Source of the DNA: Eledone cirrhosa
Lineage: Eukaryota
Reading direction: 5' to 3'
Assembly: GCA_964016885.1 (NCBI GenBank)
Contig: OZ024743.1
Coordinates: 193,068,001 to 193,132,000, forward strand
DNA length: 64,000 nucleotides
In this document: piece by piece, positions 12,613 to 24,600 of the stretch
Layout of the letters: the number at the start of each line of letters is the position of its first letter
Position numbering within the stretch: the first letter of the stretch is position 1
Notes under the pieces: model-generated
The model's database searches: none
What the model was told of the DNA's origin: nothing
What the model saw: the letters and a program-made list of their open reading frames with translations, nothing else
Position numbers and translations under genes: made by a program

Positions 12613-15600
12613 TGAATAATTGTGCACATTTAACAATACATGAACATGATAGAGAAGGCAATTGAGGAAATGGTTTTGAAAGAAGAAGAAGAAAATATGA
12701 AGTACAGTAATGGAGGGGAAGTTTGCGAGTTAGAAGTAGGTGGGTGAGAAGGCATTGGAGGAAGATATGAATGAATCATGACGGTGGCTGCTCTGCAACA
12801 TGACAGTGTCAGCACTCTAACCTTGGTCATTGTATCTCACAGTTATTGTATATTTTATTTTTTGTCATAACATTTCAAAGAGGCTGTACTAAAGGGGATT
12901 CTTTCTCCAAGCAGTCCTAAAAAAAATTCAGAATTCTTAATGGGATGGGTGTTGTAATGTTCAATATCTTTCTTAGCCCTTTATCATTTAAACCGGTCAT
13001 ATCCAGCCAGAATTCTTTCAACTCTTTCTGTTCAAACTGGCTGTAACTGGCCTCTCGTACTGATGTTAAGGTATTGTTCTCAAAGTAAATAATATCAAAA
13101 TCTCATAGATTCCATATTATGTGAGATAAAACCTTTACCGTGAAAATATAATAGTAAATATAGAGTAATGTAAATGCTAAAGGGTTAAGGTATTTAGCAA
13201 TGTAAATCAAGTGACATAAGAATAGATAATTGAAACAGGCTCATGATGTTGCTTTGCTGAGTGCTTACCTGTTGTTTTATGGTGATTGCTATATGATTTA
13301 TTGTTTGTGTTTATATTGCTTTCCCCTTTGTTCTTTTTAGCTCCAAGGAATTCTTGGAATTGCTGTGCGTTTTTCATCTTCCTTAGCTGACCAAGCAACA
13401 TTTGACCTTCAGGTTAGTTAACTTTTCATGTATTTACATATATCATTATCATCATTTAGCATCCGCTTTCCCTGCTAGCAAGGGTTAGACTAAGATATAT
13501 ATATATAGTTCTAGGGTATATACTATATATACTTGTATATAAGCCGAGAAATATGTGAAAAAAAAAATATCCTTACATGCCTTCACACTCAATACATTGA
13601 GTCTATATATTTTGAAGCTTCATTTTGTTTTTTATGGTCAGTTGTGTATATATACTGATCTATATCTATCTACCTATCTATCTGTCTATAAATATGAGTC
13701 ACCTTGACAGGCCATAAGAGAGTGAAATAATTAGATGCTACATTCATAGATTTATTTTGATAAGTAAATTAAAATAGAATTACTATTTATGAGAGATAAC
13801 CTTCAAAGGTTACTCTGTATCTACCAACTGTCTCAGCACTATAAAACATTAAGTTACTTGTCAACTTGTAGTTAATTTTACTGAACTATGAAAGACTTTT
13901 TTTGTTAATTATTTTCCATGTATTTTTAGCATTTAGCACACACTGTAAAGTGGTAGTGTTGGTGCTATGATAAAAGGCACCCAGCCCACACTGGAATGTG
14001 ATTGTGCTAGTACTATAATAAAATACACATAGCCTACACTGAAAGTGGTTGTGCTTGTACTATAATAAAATACACATAGCCCACACTGTAAAGTGGTAGT
14101 GTTGGTGACATGTTAAAATGCACCCAGCCCACATTGTAAAGTGGTTGTGCTAGTACTATAATAAAATACACCTACTCCACACTGTAAAGTGGTAGTGTTG
14201 GTGTTATGATAAAAGCCACCCAGCCCACACTGTAATGTGGCAGTGCTGGTGACATGTTAAAATGCACCCAGCCCACTCTGTAAAGTGGTTGTGCTTGTGC
14301 CATAATCAAACACACATAGCCCACACTGTAAAGTGGTTGTGCTAGAGCCATAATAAAATACACACAGCTCACACTGTAAAGTACCATAATAAAACACACC
14401 CAGCCCACACAGGAATGTAGTAGTGCTGGTGCCATGATAAAAAGCACCCAACCTACATTGTAACATGGTAGAGGTGGTACCATGAGAAAACAAGCCCAGT
14501 ACATGCTGGGAAGTGGTTGGCATTAGGAGGATCCAGCTGTAGAAATCATGCCATAATGAAATGTAAGAGTAAGACACAGTCACCTGACATGACAACATGT
14601 CTAACATTTGCATGGCAAATAGACGTAAAACGGTAATGATGGTATTGGCAGAGCCAGCACCTTGGTATTTAACACCCTGGGCTATCTCTCCAATGTATGT
14701 CCCCTTCTCCCAGTTATGTGCTTCATTCTCTCAAATAAAGTAATTTTCAACTTACAGTTTGGTGAGCTGATGAACCTAGTTTATGACATTTCTTGCTTTG
14801 AAACCTGCATTTTACACTATACAGTTCTCTCCAGCACTTGGGCTATTTTCACATCACTGCTACATGTCAAAGATGTTTAACGATTTATTAATTGATTGCA
14901 GGAAATCATTCATCATCATTATCATTGTTTAATGTCCCCTTTCCACACTAGCATGGGTTAGACGGGTTGTATCATTTGAGGCAAGTTGGGTCAAGTGACT
15001 GTGTCTTTTTCATTTGGAACTGTTTCTGGCTAGACTTCTACAGCTGGATGTTCTTCTTAATGCCAACCAATTTTTATACAAATTCGTATAAAACTACAAT
15101 CCTTTAACATTCAGTTATGCATCTCTCTAAGGTCTGCACTCTAAGCAGCTGTCTGGTTAGCATTAACTGAAGTGCTGGTCCAGAAGAACATGAGAGGGAG
15201 TTTTTGGTGGCAAAGTTAAGCAATTGTGATTCAATCTAATTTTAATCGATTAGGCATGAGTGAAACCTGTTGTCAGCCTGATAGACTAACAGTTAATTAC
15301 AGAAGATGTAATAAGACTTGAATACTTGATCAGTATGTTCACTTTGCAGTCATTATAACATTGTAGATCAATAAAGATGTCACTCTTGCCATCATAAATA
15401 AAGTGAACTAGTGACAAGCCTAAAGTACCCTCTAACCAATGGTGCTTTTGTTCACTTAGTGCAATATATAATTATTTCTAATATTGGCACAAGGCCAGCA
15501 ACTTGGGAGGAGGAGAAAGTTCATTTTATTGACCCCAATACCTAACTGGTATTATGTGTTATCAAACTCGGAAGGATGATAAGCAAAGTTAACATCAATA

Positions 15601-18600
15601 GGATTTGAACTTAGAACGTAGATATTATATAATAAAATAATAGCAATGTATTTGTTTTGCAAGGTTTTTGATATGAAATTGTGTGTTGAAACAGACATTG
15701 TTATATTTGGGGAAGGTTATGCTGTCCTCATATTGCCAGAAAAATATAGTAAAACACACTCACTGTTTGGTTTGGCTTTTGCTTCAGTATATTTTTATTA
15801 GGACAACATGAACCTCCCCAAATATAACAATAAGATAATGAATTTGTTTAACTGTTCTAGAATTTACAGTATATATATTAATTGACTGTCCACATACATT
15901 ATTTATCTCAGATTTTACACCTTTATTTCCCCTCTTGCTGTTACAAGCTGGAGACTTCTCAAAATTTAGATACTTGCCTGAATTATTATTGGCATATCCT
16001 TTGCTAATGTCAACTGCCCAAATATAAAGCTCACAAACAATCTGTTTTACTTAAGAACAACTGTATATAAAATCATTGGTCATTAATTAATTGACTTTGC
16101 CTTTCATCCTTATGGGGTCGATAAAATAAAGTACCAGTAATACACTGGATAATTGCTGGCCTTGTGCCAAAAAGTAGAAACAATTAATTAATCCTGACAA
16201 AATTCTCATACAGTGTGTCTTGCCAAGTAAACATTAAATAATGCATATTTGTCTTTACAGCCATTCAAACTTCACAAACTTGAAGCAGGACCGGCTACAA
16301 CAACCACGCTTGCTCGAGATGATGCCCTCACTTATTATAAACAAATGCAGGTTATCCGACGAATGGAGACATCTGCTGGAAACCTCTACAAGTCTAAAAT
16401 CATTCGTGGATTCTGTCATTTATACTCTGGACAGGTAATCATATATATTTGTATTGTCAAACATTCAAATAACACTAATCCTTTTGATATCAACCCACAT
16501 GAAACCTGCTTCTGATTCTTTGTTAAAATTTTAAAGCATTCATATCCATATTAAAACTTTTTTTGTTATATTCTAAAGGTCAATTTAATGAAAAAGTTAT
16601 ATTACCTTCTAAATTTTTGGTTATTTTCAGCATTACCTGAAACATATTCAGTATATTTCAAAAGAAATTTGGTAATGAAAGGGCTAATGGTCAGCAGTTG
16701 AGAGATTAAAAAAATTTCTGATTAACACATTGAAATAGCTATCATGATGTACTCAATGCAAACTATGGTTACACAAGAGGTAGACAGAGAATAAAGATTT
16801 TGTATGTAGCAGATGCACAGGAGTAACCAGCAGTCAGTGCACTTGTAAAATAATTATTTTTCAATACCCAGCAGGCTCCATAAAAGTAATTGATAGCTTT
16901 TGTTACCTTCGTTACCTAATCAGCAGTGGCAAAGGGTGTCCTGAAAACATAGTGGCCAGAATAAAATCAGGGTAGAAAAAGTTCAGGTAGCTATTATCTT
17001 TGCTGACAACAAAGGAGTTCTCCATTGAGTGAAAGATAGATTGTATGATGCTTGTATATGTAGTTAGTACTTTGCTGACAACAAAGGAGTTCTCCATTGA
17101 GTGAAAGATAGATTGTATGATGCTTGTATATGTAGTTAGTACAATGCTGAATGGTAGTGAGATGTGTGGTCATAGAATGCAAAAGACTACAAAGAAATGA
17201 ATTGAGCATGTTCCACTGAATATGTAATGTTAGTTGGCCTGAATAATGAGGCACAGAATTGAGAGAAAAACTGGGTATAAGAGGAATAAGATGAAATGCA
17301 TATGTAAAAACACTGCCAGGTGATTCAAATAGAAAGTAGCTGTGAAAGAAGAAGACATGGACAAATGAATGCAACAAGTGACAAAGTACTGGGTTGGAGA
17401 GGAACCATACAGGCATAAAAAAAAGATGTAAAAATGATGAGTTGTGTTGATTTGTGTTCATCCTTTGGAGTCGAGGATGACCATAACTTCAATGTTGGGT
17501 AGAGAAGTTAATAGTGAGGCTAATCTGGGCTCAGGAACTATGCCCACAACTGGGAAGGTGCTGAGGTGAAAGTGGATGTGGGTTGTTCCTTGTATGTAGG
17601 ACGCTTTCTTTGAGCCTCTGCAATATGTTTGGTTTCTGCTACAAATGTTCTCTCAAAGATTTTGCTTTTACCAGATTGGGCAATCCAGAGAAAGTGATTC
17701 CCAGCTACTGGGATTGATGTTGAGTTACTGCTCTTCTTGGTGAGTTGTTTTCCCTGTAGCGTATGATGTGCAATTTTGTAAATTGTTGGTTTGTTTAGAT
17801 AGTCCAACTTCCTTGACAGGTTGCCATTTCTAGAGCTGTGAAGCCACCTCTCTAATACATGGCAAAGATACACATAGTAAGGATATATATTTATAAAAGT
17901 CGTGTAGGTGTCAAAACATCCAGCCCAAACTGTAAAGTGGTCGTGTAGGTGTCACGACAAAAAGCACTCAGCCCACTATAAATGTGGTTGGTATTAGGAA
18001 GGGCATCCAGCTGTAGAAATCTAGCCAGAAACAGTTCTTTATGAGCAAGACACGGTCACCTGACCCAACTTGCCTCAAATGGGACAACCCGTCTAACCCA
18101 TGCTAGCGTGGAAAATGGACGTTAAATGATGATGATGATGATGATAGTGCAATTTCTAATTGTAATAGGATATATATTAATAAAGTGTAATTTCTAATAT
18201 TAAAGGAAGCATGCTGTGTTGGGATGGAGAGCGCTCTTCAGAAAGAAGATCCAGTTATTACAGCCTATCGAGCTCATGGTTGGACCTACATGCGAGGAGT
18301 TTCTTTGGTAGGAGTATTAGCAGAACTTACAGGTTTGATTCTTTTATTTCTTATTTGGAGATTTACAATATATCTGATATGTGTTGTCTATTCTGGACAC
18401 ACACATTCTCTCTCTCACTCTTTCTCATTTCCTATCTTTTTCAGTCACTCTTACATAAACACGCTGCCTCTTGAATGAAATAGAAAGTGTGTGTGTGAAA
18501 GAAAGCTGTTTTCTGGTGTATCACTGTCTAACAAGATGGCATCAGTTTATATCAGCTGGTCTTGATCTTTAACAAGGGAGCTTCTCTATGATTACTCTGG

Positions 18601-21600
18601 CTGCTGGAAATAAGTCAAATTTTCCTCAAATCAGATCCTCCCATTTTAAACAAAGGTTATACTAGACATTGGATTTAAACTCAATGCAGAACATTAAATC
18701 ATAAATATATAATCCATTCCACCCTGTAAGGTTGTTGTGCTGGTGCCACAACAAAAATGAACCCAGCCTACCCTGTAAAGTCGTCATGCTGGTCACCTCC
18801 CGGTAAGGTGGTTGGCATGGGGAAGAACATCCAGCCATAGAAAATCAAATATAAATAACATTGTATGAGCAAGATGTGGACACGTGATCTTTCTGGCCTC
18901 ATAACATGACAGCCTGTCTTAATCATGCAAGTATGGAAAATAGACATTAACCCTTAGCATTTACATTACTCTATATATACTATTGTATTTTCATGGTAAG
19001 GCTTTACCTCACATAATTATCTCACATAATATCGAATCTATGAGATTTTGATATTATTTATTTTGAGAACAATACCTTAACGTCAGTATGAGCAGCCGGT
19101 TACAGCCAGTTTGAACAGAAAGAGGTGAGAGAATTCTGGCCATATATGGCCGGTTTAAATGCTAAAGAGTTAAACTGATGATGATCTGGATCACTTTATT
19201 AAATTGTTACTTTATGACTTTTGCCAGTCTGTAGTTGTTGATGTCAACACGCATATTTCTATTAGATTTCCTTAATGTTTTTTCTTCTTTCACCCTGTCA
19301 CTATATTGATGTAGTAACCACACAGATTGTTGGGTAGACAGAGTTCCAGGGAACACTATCAAGAGGTTGACATTTTGTACCTTGTCACTGCAACTTTTAT
19401 TTTATCACTGGTTTCAGACATTGGACTGTGGCCATGCTAGGGCATTGCTTTTAGTTGATTATATTACAACACCAGTACTTTGTCTGGTTTTAATCTACGA
19501 AATGCCAAGTGAACAGTTGGCATAAAGGAGGCTATTTATGTTAGAATAGACTATTTTTTTCTTTTTCTTTCATCTCACTGTGTTGTATCTGTAACGAAGA
19601 TTGTTAATTGTTATAATGACTTAGTCCATCAAGTTGAAAATAGACTAAGAACAACTTGCCTTTGTAAGAAGCAATTTCTCTGTAAAATGTAAAAGTGGTT
19701 AGTTATCTTGCAGTGTTGAGTTCAATTCTTTGTGGGTGTAGTTTGAGAGAATGATTGACTCTGACAGGCATCCCTTCCTAAAAGTGTGTGTACACATGCA
19801 CTGAGATAGGACTACCTAAGACAGAGTCTTCAGTGTTACTTCTACAATCCATTCGTTGGTTAAATGATGAGACATGTCAATATTTTACCATTTACCTATG
19901 ACACTCATATTTCACTTGTAAGTCTTTTTTAATTTGTTTTATGACGACCGTGACTTCTGGCGTCACGCAGTAATACAGAGTACCCGACCTCCCATGGGTA
20001 CAAGCTGAAGCATATAGACAATATGCCCCCCCCCCCCCCCCCCCCCCGCAAGGTGGTCGTGGAGGTGCCACGGCAAAAAAGCACCCAGCCCACACTGTAA
20101 AGTGGACGTGTAGGCGCCACGAAAAAGCACCCAGCACTCACTGTAAATGAGGTTGGTGTTAGGAAGGGCATCCAGCTGTAGAAATCAAGCCAAATCAGTT
20201 CCTGTATGAGCAAGGCATGGTCAGCCGACCAGACACTGCCCACAACAGGACAACCCGTCTAACCCATGCTAGCGTGGAAGAACGGATGTAAAACGGTGAT
20301 GATGATGACTTAAGTGTGCACATATTTGATTTAATTAAAAAAAAAGTTAACTGTCTTAGTCATAGGAGGAAGACAGCATCTAAAACTTCTGCAGAGCCTC
20401 CCAGACTGGGGTGAGGTATGGAACAAAGTACTACACATAGGTTACTGCAGAATGTGGTGCCACATCAAAATATCAAACTTTCTTCAGATTATAGATTGGG
20501 TCACATCTTATAATTCAAGTGTACACATTTCAAAACTCAAATGTTCACATATTTTATAACTCAAGTATACTTGCATTTTATGACTCAAATCATTACATTT
20601 AATTACTCAGGTATTCACACATTTTATAACTCAGATGTATACACGTTTTAAAACTTATTTGTACACATTTTATAAACACAAGTGTACACACATTTCATAA
20701 CTCGAGTGTCTCCAATATTCACACCTTTTATGATTTGATTGTTTACATATTTAAAAACTCAAGTCTACGACTTCAGTGTATGCATTTTTATATTTCAAAT
20801 GTACACCCATTTTATGATTTGAGTATACACACATTTTATGACTAGAGTATACACATATTTTATGATTTATGTGCACACATATTTTGGAAGATTGCTAGTC
20901 TTTTATTGTACTATTGTTGCCTTAATTCTTTCTTACTTTGACATTTTTAATGTAATGCAGGCCGTCAAACTGGTTGTGCTCAAGGCAAAGGTGGATCAAT
21001 GCATATGTACAATCATAATTTCTATGGAGGTAATGGCATTGTAGGAGCTCAGGTAAATATCTTCTATTTACACAACCCCTTAATTTTATTATTCATTTTA
21101 AAGTTTTCATACTTATATTAAAATATTCTATCATGATTTTGTTTCAGAAATTCCTATGTAATGTTCCAAACATCAGCTTATTAATGAAAAGGTTATATAT
21201 TTTACTAAATTCCTCCAAGCTTTTTATTATTTTCAAAATTAATTGAAACATATAGGCTGTGTATTTCACAAGAAAAGGATTGATTTTTATGATGCTTGTA
21301 TGAGTTGGGTAGTTTTTGTTTTGTTGGAACAACATTTACTACTCAACTCTAAAGTAGAAATGGAGTTTGTCTTATGTTTAGCCAGGTAAACTAGAGTAAG
21401 GTTGCTTTGCTCAGGGTAATAAATAACATAATTGTTTCTACTTTTGGCACAAGGCCAGAAATTACCCAGTGTATTACTGGTACTTTATTTTATCGACCCC
21501 GTAAGGATGAAAGCAAAGTTAACCTCGGCGGGATTTGAACTCAGAATGGCAAGGGTCGTAACTCAATGCGTCAAAGCATGGCGTCCGACCCTCTACCGAT

Positions 21601-24600
21601 ACTGCCAATCCACTAAAAAAAATAACACAATAAATAACATAATGAACTAAAGACAAATTTTAAAAACATTTTCTATGTTTATTGCTTAGTAAGAGGAGGA
21701 AGGATATTGTACATAACGTTTTTGCAGGGCATCTGAGTTTGTTAGAAAGAATCCATCAATCATAAGTTATCTCAGATGGGAAACCTGACCCAAATGCTTG
21801 CAATAGAGCGAATTCTGCTTAAAAGCACCCAAGTGCCAGTTGATATTAGTTGAAGTCAGTGTTAAGCCAACTACATAGAAGTCAACAGTACAAGGTCAGT
21901 GTTAAAGTCAACTACCCAGAAGTCATGACTATGTAAACAGTACTAGGTCAGTGTTAAAGTCAACTACCCAGAAGTCATGACTATGTAGTCAACAGTACAA
22001 GGTCAGTGTTAAAGTCAATTACCCAGAAGTCATGACTATATAGTCGGCAACACTAGGTTAGTAATAAAGTCTGTCCCAGTAGTCATGACTATGTAGTCAA
22101 CAGAACTAGGTCAGTGCTAAAGTCTGTGTCCTAGTAGTCATAACTAGTCAACAGAACTAGGTCAGTGTTAAAGTCTGTGCTCCCAGTAGTCATGACTAGT
22201 CAACAGTACTAGGTCAGTGTTAAAGTCAACTATCCAGTAGTCATGACTATGTAGTCAACAGTACTAGGTCAGTGTTAGTCTGTCCCTCAGTAGTCATGAC
22301 TGTGTAGTCAACAATACCAGGTCAGTAATAAAGTCAACTATCTAGTAGTCATGACTATGTAGTCAACAGTACTAGATCAGTGTTAGTCTGTCCCTCAGTA
22401 GTCATGACTGTGTAGTCAACAATACCAGGTCAGTAATAAAGTCAACTATCTAGTAGTCATGACTATGTAGTCAATATTCTAGTACCTCACAAACATTGTC
22501 TCAAAATTTGTATATATATCATCACCATTTAATGTCTATTTTCCATGTTTCCTTGGGTTAGACAAGCTGCTCATGCACTCCATTTTTTGGGCTTGGTTTC
22601 TATAGCTGGATGCCCTTCCTAACGCCAACCACCTTACAGTGTGTATTGGGAGCATTTTATCATTAGTCTGACACTACAACTTTGTAGGGTGGACTGGGTG
22701 CTTTTTTGTTCTGGATCTGACACTACCACTTTACAAGGTGGATTGGGTGTTTTTTATCATGGCACCAACATTACCACTTTTCAGGGAGAACTGTGTGTTT
22801 TTTATCATGGCATCAACACTATCCCAGGGAGGACTGGGTGTTTTTTATCCTGACATCAGCATTACCACTTTACAGGGTGGACTGGGTACTTTTTGTCATG
22901 GCGCCAACACCACTACTTTACAGGGTGGACTGTATAGTGAAAAGAAAAAGAAAATGATGTGGAGGTGGTATTAACAACAATGAATTTTAAAGGAATCAAG
23001 TCATTAAACCTAGTATGAGATAATAACAATGGAAGGGAAATGGGCACCACTAAGCATTTCTATGGCCTAATGAAATACCATGATGGACACAGACAAATAT
23101 CGAGAGTGGCATCCCAACAACTGGGTGTTACAGTTGAAGGTGTTTTATGTCTTTATACTTGAAAGCTGTTGCATTATGAGTATAACTGAATGTAGCCATG
23201 GTGAATTTTAAGCTTGCACAATAAGTCCTCTTTCATAGTTGACAATAAATCATTATTTATTTATGAATATAATCAATAAATATTAATAATCCTGTCAACT
23301 ATATGATGTTAATAGGTTCAACCTAAATGGGAAACAAATAATGCTTATCATAGAAAAGAATTGGAGCCTAAAAACCGTATATATTCGAATGTAAGCAGAG
23401 GAATATGTAACAAAAAAAAAATCAATGGTAAAATAGAGGTCAGCTTATATTCAGGGTCAATATTTTTATGATTTTTGCAAACTTCTGTACTGTTTCTGAT
23501 TTTGTAAGCATGTCCACAGGTGTTAGATATATGGAATTCAAAAAAGGTGCCCAGGGTTGTTGTTGAAAAGTTGGTTAATAATCTCATATTAATTAATTTT
23601 TCTTTCTTTGGCTTTCTACAACTGGTAAGATTATTGCAGCTTAGGCATAACTGGAATATCTGAAGGTGAATATTAACAGAAAAAACGACGTAGGTGGATG
23701 GAAGGAATTAGGTCTCTTTTTTCTTAAAACTTTCAAGATTTAGATTAATCAATGCAATGTATTATTTATTATCTATGGACTCATGATCTTTTTTGTTGTT
23801 TAATCAGGGGTCAGCCCTCACTTAAGTAGACATATAATCAGTGATGGTCCAGTTGATGGTCACTCTAACAGGACAAGAAACAATACTGCCCACAAGAGAG
23901 GATAAATTCAACAAGGAGCCAATGGTCATCCATCACACATACAAATGGAGTGGGGCCCTATTAAAGGCTTTTGAGTCTAATGTTACTGACACTTGACAAC
24001 CCCTTTCTCAGACATACGGGCTTTGCCTTTACTCCAGGCAAAAGAAGCCCCTTGGTAAATGTGAGGGATATCCAAAATAGCTTAAATCCTTTCTGGCTAG
24101 GATCAGCATCATCATCGTTTAATGTCCATTTCCCACGCTAGCATGGATTAGATGGGTTGTCCCATTAGAGGCAAGTTGGGTCAAGTGACCGTGTCCTCAT
24201 ATAGAATTGTTTTGGGCTAGGTTTCTACAGCTGGATGCCCTTCCTAACGCCAACCACATTTACAGTGTGGGCTGGGTGCTTTTTGTCATGCCACCTACAT
24301 GACTGTTTTACAGTGTGGGCTGGGTGCTTTATGTTGTGACTCCTACACGATCACTTTTCAGTGTGGGCTGGGTGCTTTATGTTGTGACTCCTACATGATC
24401 ACTTTTCAGTGTGGGTGATTTATGTTGTGACTCCTATATGATCACTTTTCAGTGTGGGCTGGACACTTTTTGTCATGACACCTACACAACCACTTTGCAA
24501 TGTGAGCTGGATGCTTTTTGTTGTGACACTTACATGACCACTTTACAGTGAAGGCTGGGTGCTTTTTGTCATGACACTTACACGACCACTTTACAGTGTG

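Noticed and set aside
13935-14480. Repeat arrays here and at 21855-22475 as CRISPR arrays
   Set aside because: Eukaryotic intron context, no unique spacers and no cas genes; these are minisatellites.
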